Assembly (NCBI GenBank): GCA_965661575.1
Contig: CBFIEJ010000003.1
Coordinates: forward strand, 7,492-71,491
Direction: 5' to 3'
DNA length: 64,000 nt
Source: an uncultured Flavobacteriales bacterium
GTDB lineage: Bacteria > Bacteroidota > Bacteroidia > Flavobacteriales_D > Sanyastnellaceae
Positions within the stretch are counted from its first letter, which is position 1. Each line of letters starts with the position of its first letter. Positions 36,446-46,365 of the stretch are shown here, piece after piece. A program made the position numbers and the translations under genes. The notes beneath the pieces are model-generated. The model saw only the letters and a list, made by a program, of their open reading frames with translations. It searched no databases and had not been told where the DNA came from.

Positions 36446-38512
36446 ATGAATCCACTTTTTTGCGCCCAAATTGCATGGGCCGTTGCGATTATCATTCCCC
36501 AAACTTCTATGTCGCAAGAGTATGGGGTCATGAGAGACACAACTGTTACAGAGACCGTAACCGTGCAATCACTGCGTATTCCTACACCAGAAGATCGCGT
36601 GAGCGGGAATGTGCATTCCCTCGATTCTGAAGCCCTTCAAAATGGCCGATCGCCTGACTTGGAAGATGCACTCAACGCCTTGCCCGGTGTCCGCATGGAA
36701 ACCCGCGGATTCGGAGGCTCGAGGCGGCTGCAGATCAGAAGCAGCGGCATCAGAGCACCTTTTGCCGTGCGCAATGTGCACATGCTCATGGACGGATTTG
36801 TCTTGACCAATGCAAGTGGCATTTCACCGTTGGATCTGTGGAATCCCCAGTGGATGTCAAAACTAGAGGTTCTCAAAGGCCCCGTGGGTGCGATTTACGG
36901 TAGCGGATACGGTGGAGTATTGCTCGGCTCCTCGCTCGGCGATTTGAAAAGCGGCAATCGCTCCAGCCTTTCGGGCTATTCACGACTCGCCACCAGTGGA
37001 GCAAAGGACTTCTCTTTCAACAATTTCAGTAGCGAGACCGGTTTTCAGCATCAGCACGTTGCCAATGAAATTGAATGGACTGTACGCGGATTAAAAAATG
37101 AAACGCCCGGAGCCAGAGTGCACGAATCGAACGGGCGAATCCAGTTGGAACTGCATCGTAGAAAGATGCAAAAAAGGGGCAGACTAACGCATCTTTGGAC
37201 AGGCTGGATGGACGCTTCTTGGGATCTGCCAGGTTCACTGAACGCCGAAGACGCGTCACTTGACCCCGGCGCATCACCTGGAGAGAACTACGACGCTCAT
37301 GTGGATCGGACGAGAACTTGGGTTGGCTACAGTTCAACAAAAAAGCAAGATTCAAGGCAGAGCGGACTTTGGGCCTACGCCCAGCATACTGAGAAGGAAA
37401 ATCCATTCGGAACCAGCGCATTCTTCAATGGATTCAAAGAAGAATCAGAGCAATTTGCCTCTCTGCGATTATGGGAAGCTCGAACGCAATTGTTTTCAAA
37501 CGGTGTGAAATTCACTTGGGACAAGACCGCCATCCTCCGAGCTGAACGTCTGGAACTGACCGAGTCTGATGTGAATGCTGTCAACGGCACTTACCGTTAT
37601 CAGATTCAGAGCATTACCATGAATGGATGGGGAAGTTCTGGCATCCGTCTTGAAAACAACAATTGGCAATTTGATGCTCAACTAGCTTTGGAGTGGATGA
37701 ATCGTTCAACAACAGGCGATGGCATTGCTGAATCGGGCGCATATTCACCGATCGAAGAGAATTACACGCATGTTTCGGCCTTGCCTTTCCTTGGATTCTC
37801 ATTCCAATGCACGGCTCAGAGCAGACTCTTTCTACAATACGGAAATGCGTCCAGTCATCCGACGACATTCGAATTGGTCGACCCTGACAACTACACAGCG
37901 CTCAACCTACTGCCTGAGAGAGCCAACGCTCTTGAACTTGGTTGGAAAGGTCAGACCACTTTTCAAAAGCAAACGCTCTCCTACTCTTTACAAACCTACC
38001 AACAGATTGTAGGGGATGCAATCGCAACGGTTCCAGGGGCCAACGACGGAATTTACATTGATAACATTCAGGGCTTGAGAATGACAGGCGTAGAAGCCTA
38101 TTTTGATGCGAGGATTTCACTCATCAACTCAAACTGGTTCATTTTCCAAGCACAGGCCAGCTTGAACCGTCATTCATTTGATGCCGTAGCAGAAACGCTA
38201 CCCGGAACTCCTTTGCACGCTTCAAGCCTGCATACGGCCTACCACACTTCTCGGTGGGCATTCGGCATGATGCACTATTGGAACGATCGAATGCCGTTGC
38301 ACAACACCAAGGATGATTGGTCGCAAGCGCATCAGCGTCTGGACGCATGGATTTCCCTGAAATCTGCACAAAGCATCTGGCAGCTTGGGGTGCGAAATGC
38401 GCTCGACGCTCAGTACTCAAGTTGGTTCCAAACTAATGCATTCCGAGGGCGTTATTTCAACCCTGCTCCATCACGAATGCTATGGGTGTCCTGGAAGTGG
38501 AACGTAAGCTGA
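36446..38512 (+). CDS. TonB-dependent receptor (no SusD partner)
   Basis: Plug pattern (LPGVRMETRGFGGSRRLQIRSSG, LEVLKGPVGAIYGSG), a beta-barrel repeat character, and a terminal aromatic-rich strand. Confidence 0.8.
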   Translation: MNPLFCAQIAWAVAIIIPQTSMSQEYGVMRDTTVTETVTVQSLRIPTPEDRVSGNVHSLDSEALQNGRSPDLEDALNALPGVRMETRGFGGSRRLQIRSSGIRAPFAVRNVHMLMDGFVLTNASGISPLDLWNPQWMSKLEVLKGPVGAIYGSGYGGVLLGSSLGDLKSGNRSSLSGYSRLATSGAKDFSFNNFSSETGFQHQHVANEIEWTVRGLKNETPGARVHESNGRIQLELHRRKMQKRGRLTHLWTGWMDASWDLPGSLNAEDASLDPGASPGENYDAHVDRTRTWVGYSSTKKQDSRQSGLWAYAQHTEKENPFGTSAFFNGFKEESEQFASLRLWEARTQLFSNGVKFTWDKTAILRAERLELTESDVNAVNGTYRYQIQSITMNGWGSSGIRLENNNWQFDAQLALEWMNRSTTGDGIAESGAYSPIEENYTHVSALPFLGFSFQCTAQSRLFLQYGNASSHPTTFELVDPDNYTALNLLPERANALELGWKGQTTFQKQTLSYSLQTYQQIVGDAIATVPGANDGIYIDNIQGLRMTGVEAYFDARISLINSNWFIFQAQASLNRHSFDAVAETLPGTPLHASSLHTAYHTSRWAFGMMHYWNDRMPLHNTKDDWSQAHQRLDAWISLKSAQSIWQLGVRNALDAQYSSWFQTNAFRGRYFNPAPSRMLWVSWKWNVS

Positions 38513-38517
38513 CCAAG

Positions 38518-40443
38518 TCAGTTGATCACTACAATCTCCGTTCTCCGGTTCAATGCTTTCCCTTCATCTGTTTCATTCGATGCAATGGGAACAGAAGCAC
38601 CGAGCCCTTGCAACTCCATCCGCGAGCGATTCACACCGCGTTCTTCGAGAAATCGGGCAACAGACTCAGCACGCTGACCGCTTAATTTCACATTATTCTC
38701 CGTCGAGCCGTCGGCATCCGTGTGTCCAATGATTCTAATCCGGATTTCTGATTGCAACATCGTCTTGGCCAGTTGTTCCAATTCTGGTTGAAAGCTGTTT
38801 TCCAAGTTGGCTGAGGATTTTTCAAACCGCACATCACGCAATGTCATGGTCATTCCTACTTCGAGCCGATCCAACTCAATGGAGACGAATGAGTCAAGTT
38901 GCCCATCCCCGATTAAGGTTGTGCTGAAAAACACGAACTCCGGATGTTCGACTTGAATGATGACATTTTCATCGCTTGAAAATGACAGCGTAAACTGACC
39001 GTCATCTGCGTTCGAACGTTGAGAACTCAACACCCCTCCAGCAGCATTTAAAACTTGTACGTTGGCCTCCACAGGTCTCTTCGTTCCTGATTCAAAAACA
39101 GCACCCGTCCATAGTGCCACTGCATTTGCGCTAACAGATTCTGGAAGTTCAAATTCCCATAAATCAAGGTTGCCAGGGTTTTCTCTGTCCGTTGCAAACA
39201 TGGCCTTTCGGCCATCGGCGAACACTTGAAGACTGTTCTCATCACCATTGGTATTGATGGGATAACCCAAGTTTTGCGGAATTGACCAAGAACCATCGGA
39301 TTGCTTCCTACTGACAAAAAGATCCATCCCTCCCATTCCTGGCAAACCGTCAGAGGCGAAATACAATGACTCTCCATCCGAATGCAGAAAGGGATTCTCT
39401 TCTCTCCCTTTCGAATTGACAACTTCGGAAAGGCGCGTTGCTTTTTGCCATTCCCCAGATTCATCCCGTTCGCTTTCGTAAATATCCTGCACCAATTCGT
39501 TCGTTTGCTTTGAACGGAATGCACGCACAAAGAACAAACTCTGACCATCCGCACTGAGTGCAGGTTGACTTTCCCAGCTGGACGAATTCAATGTCTTTAG
39601 ATTCGATGCCTTCTCGTATTGCGCTGAGTTGACATTGTAGACGCTTTGAAACAAGTCACAGGACCCTACACCCTCGCGATTTCCATATGAACCGTCAATC
39701 CCCGCACAAGCTGTGAAGACCAAAAGCCTGCCATCGCCACGGATCGACGGAGCACCTTCATTCCGAATGGTATTGATTTCACCCAAAGAACGCACCGTTA
39801 GCCACAAATCATCGACGCGTTCGGCTTCGTAAAAATCTTCTTGGCCAAAAGATTGTCCTGGATAATCTACTTCTCGGGTGAAGACCATACGATCACCGCT
39901 CGCGTAAAGTGCCGGGTAGTATTCAGACGCTTCAGAATTAACATTGCCCTGAAGAGCTGTTGGATGGATTTCGGTGGGCTCATTGTAAGCCTCCTTGGCG
40001 AACCGAACTGATTGAGCCAACAACTCGTCCTTCATTGTCCAACCTTCCAAATTTTCGCCTTCCCGAAGTGCCGCAAAGGCTTCGTTGTAGTTTCCTGCTC
40101 GAAAAGCTGTGCGCACTAAAGACTCCAGCCATTGTTGTCGTTGACCAGGATGTTCATCGAGAGCCTGAATCAAAGCACGCTTGGCGCGTTTCCATTCTTT
40201 GCGCTGCTCGTAAATCTGGCTTTTTAGCATGTATGCTTCGAAAAACGACGCATCTGCGTCAATGGCCGCATCCAAAGCCAATAGGGCATCATCGCGCATG
40301 CCCTGACTGTACAAATAAGTCGCACGTTCATAGCGCTTCAATGCTCTTTTTTTGGTGGATTGAGCCTTTAAAGCGCCTCCCATCAAAAAGAAAACGAACC
40401 CCAGAACAAGAATAATCTTAGTCTTGTATTTTTGATTGCACAT
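38518..40443 (-). CDS. OmpA-family protein with TPR and PD40/TolB-like beta-propeller repeats
   Basis: C-terminal OmpA_C (IIGHTDADGSTENNVKLSGQRAESVARFL...LNRRTEIVVI), N-terminal TPR-like helices and PD40-like repeats. Start moved to ATG 40443 (MCNQKYKTKIILVLGF... signal peptide). Confidence 0.8.
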   Translation of the reverse strand: MCNQKYKTKIILVLGFVFFLMGGALKAQSTKKRALKRYERATYLYSQGMRDDALLALDAAIDADASFFEAYMLKSQIYEQRKEWKRAKRALIQALDEHPGQRQQWLESLVRTAFRAGNYNEAFAALREGENLEGWTMKDELLAQSVRFAKEAYNEPTEIHPTALQGNVNSEASEYYPALYASGDRMVFTREVDYPGQSFGQEDFYEAERVDDLWLTVRSLGEINTIRNEGAPSIRGDGRLLVFTACAGIDGSYGNREGVGSCDLFQSVYNVNSAQYEKASNLKTLNSSSWESQPALSADGQSLFFVRAFRSKQTNELVQDIYESERDESGEWQKATRLSEVVNSKGREENPFLHSDGESLYFASDGLPGMGGMDLFVSRKQSDGSWSIPQNLGYPINTNGDENSLQVFADGRKAMFATDRENPGNLDLWEFELPESVSANAVALWTGAVFESGTKRPVEANVQVLNAAGGVLSSQRSNADDGQFTLSFSSDENVIIQVEHPEFVFFSTTLIGDGQLDSFVSIELDRLEVGMTMTLRDVRFEKSSANLENSFQPELEQLAKTMLQSEIRIRIIGHTDADGSTENNVKLSGQRAESVARFLEERGVNRSRMELQGLGASVPIASNETDEGKALNRRTEIVVIN

Positions 40444-40514
40444 GTTGTCTTCCATTTGATGGATTCGAGAGCAAGATAAACGAAACAGAAATTGAACATC
40501 ATAAGGCCCAACCA

Positions 40515-41030
40515 GTGAAAATCGGACTCCTCTCAGACAACCACAGCCATTGGGACGCAAGAATGGATCATCATTTGAAAGACTGCGATGAAATCTGGCA
40601 TGCTGGAGACATCGGATCGTTTGCGGTCCCTGACGCCATTGATGCTCTGAATCCAAGTCGACGACGCATCGTTTACGGCAACATCGATGATCACGTGATG
40701 CGCGCAGAATTTGATGAGGAATTGTCTTGGGAAATCCAAGGCATCACCTTCTACATGACTCACATCGGCGGAAGACCCGGTCGTTATGCCAAAGGAATAC
40801 GGACAAAATTGATGAAAATACAACCTGATGTATTTATCTGTGGACACAGCCATCTCCTACTGATCAAACGAGACGAGAGCTGGGGCGGGTTGTACGTCAA
40901 TCCTGGAGCATGCGGTGTGCATGGTTTCCATCAAAAAAGAACCCTTGTCACTTTTGAAATCCGAAATGGAAAGTTGGACGACATGCGCGTTGTGGAATTG
41001 GGCGATCGAAACAAACAAATCGGAGTTTGA
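40515..41030 (+). CDS. YfcE/MJ0936-family metallophosphoesterase
   Basis: MKIGLLSDNHSH, WHAGDIGS and ICGHSH motifs; GTG start. Confidence 0.8.
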   Translation: MKIGLLSDNHSHWDARMDHHLKDCDEIWHAGDIGSFAVPDAIDALNPSRRRIVYGNIDDHVMRAEFDEELSWEIQGITFYMTHIGGRPGRYAKGIRTKLMKIQPDVFICGHSHLLLIKRDESWGGLYVNPGACGVHGFHQKRTLVTFEIRNGKLDDMRVVELGDRNKQIGV

Positions 41031-41203
41031 CGATTTTTTCACTATTATTGCATTGTCCTGGACAAGGAAGCATTCCTGGAATGCACGAACATCGTGATTC
41101 GTTCTACTACTTTTCATTGAAAACGCTTGAGCTTTGAACCAAAGCTCTTGTCCTCGAAAAGGACTCCCCCTAAGCATATACCATACTATTGATCTTATAA
41201 TTG

Positions 41204-43120
41204 ATGTACGACATCATTGAACTCAATGCGAAGAAAGTCCTTGAACTCAAGGAAATCGCAAAAAAACTCGGAATCAGCCGACTTGAAAAACTGAAGAAGC
41301 AAGATCTTGTTTACAGCATTTTGGACGAACAGGCCTTAAGACCTGGCGAAAACAAAAAAGCTCCAGCAAAATCAAAAGCGAAATCTGCTCCAGCGCGGCC
41401 CAAAAAAGATGCCGCCGAGAGCAAGGAAGAAAAGAGTGCGCCCAAAACGCGACAGCCGAGGCCAAAGAAAAATGAAGCTGGAGACTCCAAAGAATCCAGC
41501 ACAGAGGAACAGTCTGGCCCATCAGGAAAGCGCCAACCGGGTGACGCCATTCGAGAACGTCGAGCAAAACAAAACGCAAAAAAGGACGAAACTGCTTCTC
41601 CCAAGAGCGGAAAAAAGGACGAATCGAGTGAGTCCAAGACTGCATCTGCCGAGTCTGAAAATCGCAACGACGACAAAAACCGAGACGACAAAGGCCGAGA
41701 CGACAAGCGAAGAGACAACAAACGGCGCGATGACAAGCGGCGCGATGATAAATCAAATGGAGATAAAACACGAGACAACAGGTCACGTGACGACAACTCC
41801 CGCGATGACAAGCGACGCGACGACAAACGTCGAGATGACAAACAAGGCGAAGACCGAGGAGAAAGAAGGAACAACGATCGACGCAACAACGATCGACGCA
41901 ACAATGATCGCCATGGAAATGACCGCCGTGGAAATGACCGAAGAGGCGGGCGAAATGACCGAAAAGATCGCTACCTCAGTGAACCTGAAGAGCACGGTTT
42001 CAATTTCGATGGCATCATCACCGCTGAAGGTGTCCTTGAAATTCAACAGGAAGGATTCGGATTTTTGCGCTCAGCAGACTACAATTATTTGAACTCTCCA
42101 GATGACGTCTACATCACTTCGCGTCAGATCAAACAGTTTTCATTGCAAACAGGCGATACCGTCATTGCGAAGGTGCGTCCACCTCGTCTAGGCGAAAAGT
42201 TCTATCCTTTGATTGATGTCATGAGCATCAACGGTCGGTCTCCTGAATGGGTTCGTGACCGCATACCTTTCAAATTTCTCACGCCTCTATTCCCACAGGA
42301 AAAGTTCAAACTGAGCACCCGTGGAGGCAATATCAGCACACGCCTGATGGACCTCTTTGCTCCCATTGGAAAAGGGCAGCGTGGAATGCTCGTCTCTCAG
42401 CCAAAAACTGGAAAAACGACACTGCTCAAAGACGTGGCCAATGCCATTGCCTTGAACCATCCGGAAGTTTATCTGCTCATTTTGCTCATTGACGAACGTC
42501 CTGAAGAAGTCACAGACATGAAGCGCAGTGTCAATGCTGAAGTCATTGCCTCAACTTTCGACGAACCCGCAGATCGCCATGTGCGCATCGCCGATCTGGT
42601 TCTCGAGAAGGCGAAGCGAATGGTGGAGTGCGGACATGATGTTTGCATCCTACTGGATTCAATCACCCGACTCGCTCGAGCCTACAACACAGTCTCTCCT
42701 AGCTCAGGTAAAATCTTGAGTGGCGGTGTCGAGGCCAACGCATTGCAAAAGCCGAAACGGTTCTTTGGTGCCGCTCGAAACATTGAGAATGGTGGCTCAT
42801 TGTCGATCATTTCAACCGCGCTCACCGAGACCGGTTCGAAAATGGACGAAGTCATCTTTGAAGAATTCAAAGGAACAGGCAACATGGAGCTGCAATTGGA
42901 TCGACGCATTTCAAACCGACGCATCTACCCTGCCATTGACATCTTGTCTTCAGGTACGCGTCGTGAAGATTTGTTGATGGACAAAGAAACACTGCAACGC
43001 ATCTGGATTCTTCGCAAGCACCTCGCAGACATGAATTCAGTAGAAGCCATGGAATTCATGAAAGACCGCATGGAGCAAACACGAAGCAACGAAGACTTTT
43101 TATCTTCAATGAATGGATAA
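41204..43120 (+). CDS. rho: transcription termination factor Rho with ~220-aa low-complexity N-terminal insertion
   Basis: Rho_N ([18 protein letters not shown]), cold-shock-like RNA-binding domain ([14 protein letters not shown]), Walker A (PKTGKTTLL) and the C-terminal ATPase. Confidence 0.93.
   Translation: MYDIIELNAKKVLELKEIAKKLGISRLEKLKKQDLVYSILDEQALRPGENKKAPAKSKAKSAPARPKKDAAESKEEKSAPKTRQPRPKKNEAGDSKESSTEEQSGPSGKRQPGDAIRERRAKQNAKKDETASPKSGKKDESSESKTASAESENRNDDKNRDDKGRDDKRRDNKRRDDKRRDDKSNGDKTRDNRSRDDNSRDDKRRDDKRRDDKQGEDRGERRNNDRRNNDRRNNDRHGNDRRGNDRRGGRNDRKDRYLSEPEEHGFNFDGIITAEGVLEIQQEGFGFLRSADYNYLNSPDDVYITSRQIKQFSLQTGDTVIAKVRPPRLGEKFYPLIDVMSINGRSPEWVRDRIPFKFLTPLFPQEKFKLSTRGGNISTRLMDLFAPIGKGQRGMLVSQPKTGKTTLLKDVANAIALNHPEVYLLILLIDERPEEVTDMKRSVNAEVIASTFDEPADRHVRIADLVLEKAKRMVECGHDVCILLDSITRLARAYNTVSPSSGKILSGGVEANALQKPKRFFGAARNIENGGSLSIISTALTETGSKMDEVIFEEFKGTGNMELQLDRRISNRRIYPAIDILSSGTRREDLLMDKETLQRIWILRKHLADMNSVEAMEFMKDRMEQTRSNEDFLSSMNG
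41681..41755 (+). repeat. five tandem 15-nt units inside rho encoding RDDK(G/R)-type pentapeptides
   Basis: Units read cgagacgacaaaggc / cgagacgacaagcga / agagacaacaaacgg / cgcgatgacaagcgg / cgcgatgataaatca. Three more related units lie at about 41800-41844. Confidence 0.8.
41870..41944 (+). repeat. five tandem 15-nt units inside rho encoding (N/G)NDRR pentapeptides
   Basis: aacaacgatcgacgc x2, then aacaatgatcgccat, ggaaatgaccgccgt and ggaaatgaccgaaga. Confidence 0.85.
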
Positions 43121-43658
43121 GCTTCGGCTTCTATTTATCGCTGGTCCCGCAACTTGGTTTGGCCTGAAGTATTTCGCCTTAGGAACGTGGACGTGGGAGA
43201 ATTCCACCAAGTTTGGCATTCTTCTGAATCTGGGATTCATTACGCTGATCGCCGCTCTTGCTGCGCACGAGGCACATGGAGAAAAGACTGGGGATTTCAT
43301 TGAAAGATGGAAACATGCTTCAAGAAAAACCCTCTCCTACGCGCTCGTACTGCCTTTTTTACTTGGGGCTTGGTACTACGGGCTGGCCTCCGATGCCTTG
43401 GACAACAGAGTGGCGCTGAAGAAGGAACAAGCCACAGAGCAAATCATGAACGATGACAGTTTTGCGCAACTGGTAGCATCAAGCCCTCAATTGCTCGATG
43501 CTGATCGATCAGAAATCGTCGAGCGCCAACACGCCAACATTGAAGTGCTCTTTTCCCCCGTTTTTTACATCGGTATGGCCACATTGGCTTGGTCATTTAT
43601 TGGGCTGATTGTTTCTGCCATTTTCGCATTCATCTGGCCCAAAATCTGGTCGGCATAG
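43113..43658 (+). CDS. small integral membrane protein (DUF4199-like)
   Basis: Four predicted TM segments. Overlaps the rho stop by 8 nt. The family assignment is tentative. Confidence 0.35.
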   Translation: MDKLRLLFIAGPATWFGLKYFALGTWTWENSTKFGILLNLGFITLIAALAAHEAHGEKTGDFIERWKHASRKTLSYALVLPFLLGAWYYGLASDALDNRVALKKEQATEQIMNDDSFAQLVASSPQLLDADRSEIVERQHANIEVLFSPVFYIGMATLAWSFIGLIVSAIFAFIWPKIWSA

Positions 43659-43730
43659 AAATTTCACTTCGCACCAATACTACTTCGAGTGGTCCGTTAT
43701 AGCTTTACCATGTAACATCGTTAGAGTACA

Positions 43731-44486
43731 ATGCCGAACTCACTTCCCAAATCTCCACGAAAGCCTCGATCAATCTCGCGACTTAAACCATTAGCAATCA
43801 CTGGTTTTGCTCTTTTATTCGCGGCACAAATGGCGGCTCAAGGTGGCAGAAAGAACCTAGCGGCCTTTGACGCCAAAAAGTACCATTTCGGGTTCTGCCT
43901 CGCAGGCAATCAGAGTGATTTCAACATTGTTCAGCGGGCAGGCTTTTCCTTTTCGGACAGTTTGACCCAGATCGTCAATCAGCCACAGGCCGGCTTTAAT
44001 CTGGCTTTGGTCGCTTCTTGGAACATGACAAAAAATGTTCATCTGCGCTTCCTGCCTGGTTTATCGTTCCAAGACAGAACACTGGAATATCATTTTCAAG
44101 AAGACGGTGATATTGATATAAAGAGTAAACGCACTGAAGCCGTTTACCTCGATTTCCCTTTGCTTCTCAAACTTCGCACAGACCGCATTGGAAACATTGC
44201 TGCCTTTGCTTTGGTGGGCGGCAAACTCAGCAGAGACATGCAATCCCAAGAAGAGACCAATCAGCAATTGCAGAGTGAATATATTTTGCGCTTGGAGTCA
44301 GGGAATTCCTCGATAGACATAGGAGCAGGTGTTGACTTTTTCCTCCCCTTTTTCAAATTTAGCATCGAAGGGAAATTCGAACTAGGACGGAAAAATATCA
44401 TGATCCAAGACGAATCTGAATTTTCGTCTCCCCTCGAATCCCTCAAGACCAGATCATTCATACTGTCTCTTTGCTTTGAAGGATAA
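43731..44486 (+). CDS. outer-membrane beta-barrel protein, PorT/SprT-like (T9SS-associated)
   Basis: Signal peptide, NLAAFDAKKYHFGFCLAGNQSDFNIV-type N-terminal block, alternating beta-strand pattern, and a C-terminal aromatic residue. Confidence 0.5.
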   Translation: MPNSLPKSPRKPRSISRLKPLAITGFALLFAAQMAAQGGRKNLAAFDAKKYHFGFCLAGNQSDFNIVQRAGFSFSDSLTQIVNQPQAGFNLALVASWNMTKNVHLRFLPGLSFQDRTLEYHFQEDGDIDIKSKRTEAVYLDFPLLLKLRTDRIGNIAAFALVGGKLSRDMQSQEETNQQLQSEYILRLESGNSSIDIGAGVDFFLPFFKFSIEGKFELGRKNIMIQDESEFSSPLESLKTRSFILSLCFEG

Positions 44487-44492
44487 CGTGCC

Positions 44493-46349
44493 ATGTTAAA
44501 ATTTATGCTTCCTCAAAAACACGCACCACGCTGGATGGTCACAGTCGTGGACCTGGGGGTGAGTGTGTTGGCACTTTACATGGCGGCTCTGCTCCGGTTT
44601 GAATTCAGAATCCCTCCCATTGAATGGGAGGTTTGGAAATCATTCCTTCCGGTGTTCCTGACAGCTCGTCTGACCGCATTTCTTCTCTTTAGCACATCAG
44701 CCGGAATCATTCGGCACACGGGTCTCGAAGATGTCAAACGCATCGCACTCTGCACAAGTGCGGTGACACTTGTCTTCGGCAGCGCCAATTTGATTGCGGC
44801 AAAACTTGGCAATGCTCCCTACTGGATTCCGTTCAGCATTCTTGGCATCGAATGGGTGTTGACAACGGCAACCATGGTTTCGAGTCGCTGGGTTGTAAAA
44901 TGGCTCTACCTCCAAAATAAGCGCCAGCCTGGCGTCAGATCGCAAATAGCGATTTATGGAGCAGGAGAAGCAGGCATACTGGCAAAAGAGGCGATTGACC
45001 GGGAACTCGGAGAGTCCGGCATGAAACTCATCGCTTTCATCGATGATGATCGAAATAAAATCGGAAAGAAAATCGAAGGCATCGACATTTTGAGTCCAAA
45101 CCAAGCCGAAATGCTCTTTGCCGACGGCCGGGTGGATCAAATGATTCTCTCCATTCAAAACCTTGATAAAGAGCAGCGACGCAGCATGGTGGATATGGCA
45201 TTGCAGCACGGTGTTCGACCGCTTGATGTTCCGCCTGTCGATCGATGGATCAATGGTTCACTTTCCTTTGGACAAATTCGAGAATTGAACATAGAAGATT
45301 TGCTCGGTCGTGAACCGATTCAAATGAATTCAAAACCCATCCATGAAAACATGAATGGAAAACGAATTGTGGTCACCGGTGCAGCCGGTTCGATCGGGTC
45401 GGAATTGGTCCGCCAGTTGCTGACCTATCAACCCGAGATATTGTTGGCAATCGATCAAGCTGAGACTCCGATGCACGATCTGCTCCTTGAATTGAGACAG
45501 TTGGGCGTCGAATCCTTGGTCGACCTCCAAATTGGAGATGTTCGCGATGCCCAACAAATCAAGGATACCCTGGTCGAATTCAAGCCGGATGTGGTTTTCC
45601 ATGCTGCAGCCTATAAGCATGTTCCGATGATGGAAAAGCAGCCATGGCAAGCATTTGACACCAATGCCATGGGCAGTCGAAACGTCCTCAAAGCAGCTGA
45701 AGCAGCAGAATGTCCGAGGTTTGTCTTCATTTCCACAGATAAAGCCGTAAATCCTACGAGTGTCATGGGCGCCACAAAGCGTCTAGCAGAATTGCTGGTT
45801 CTGCAAAGTGCCGCCCAGTCGAATACACAGTGTGTCATCACTCGATTCGGAAACGTCCTCGGAAGCAATGGCTCGGTCATTCCGCTTTTCAAACGACAGA
45901 TCGAAACCGGAGGCCCCATTACCGTTACGGACAAAGAAGTCACGCGTTATTTCATGACCATACCCGAGGCGGTGTCCCTTGTACTCGAGGCGGCTACGAT
46001 GGGACGCCAAGACGATGTGTTTGTCTTCGACATGGGGCAATCAATTAAAATTTTAGACTTGGCCAAGAAAATGATTGCATTGGCCGGGCTTGAGGAAGGC
46101 AAGGACATTGAAGTGGCCATTACAGGTTTGAGACCTGGTGAAAAAATGCATGAGGAACTTCTGTCCCATCGTGAATCTATGCTTCCTACGCACCACAAAA
46201 AGATCTTGCGAGCAAATACTCCTCCTACGCTGACAGAAAAGAACCTTGAGCACATCCTAGCCTTGGCCGAAGCAAAAGGTTCTCATGCTAAAACATTGTC
46301 CCTTTTGCACTCGCTCATTCCAGAATATCAAGTCAAACCAATGCCTTGA
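44493..46349 (+). CDS. polysaccharide biosynthesis protein CapD/WbpM/PglF-type (membrane-anchored NDP-sugar 4,6-dehydratase)
   Basis: N-terminal TM helices and two Rossmann regions (IYGAGEAG; VTGAAGSIGSEL), plus HAAAYKHVPMME and STDKAVNPTSVMGATKR. Confidence 0.85.
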   Translation: MLKFMLPQKHAPRWMVTVVDLGVSVLALYMAALLRFEFRIPPIEWEVWKSFLPVFLTARLTAFLLFSTSAGIIRHTGLEDVKRIALCTSAVTLVFGSANLIAAKLGNAPYWIPFSILGIEWVLTTATMVSSRWVVKWLYLQNKRQPGVRSQIAIYGAGEAGILAKEAIDRELGESGMKLIAFIDDDRNKIGKKIEGIDILSPNQAEMLFADGRVDQMILSIQNLDKEQRRSMVDMALQHGVRPLDVPPVDRWINGSLSFGQIRELNIEDLLGREPIQMNSKPIHENMNGKRIVVTGAAGSIGSELVRQLLTYQPEILLAIDQAETPMHDLLLELRQLGVESLVDLQIGDVRDAQQIKDTLVEFKPDVVFHAAAYKHVPMMEKQPWQAFDTNAMGSRNVLKAAEAAECPRFVFISTDKAVNPTSVMGATKRLAELLVLQSAAQSNTQCVITRFGNVLGSNGSVIPLFKRQIETGGPITVTDKEVTRYFMTIPEAVSLVLEAATMGRQDDVFVFDMGQSIKILDLAKKMIALAGLEEGKDIEVAITGLRPGEKMHEELLSHRESMLPTHHKKILRANTPPTLTEKNLEHILALAEAKGSHAKTLSLLHSLIPEYQVKPMP

Positions 46350-46365
46350 AACCGATCCTGATTGC

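Noticed and set aside
41274-42092. ORFs of 170-227 aa on both strands within rho (for example the Ser/Arg/Leu-rich 41311-41904 minus ORF and the 41409-42092 plus ORF)
   Set aside because: They are frame and antisense artefacts of the 15-nt repeat region, which lacks stops in several frames. Rho itself is continuous and intact in its own frame.
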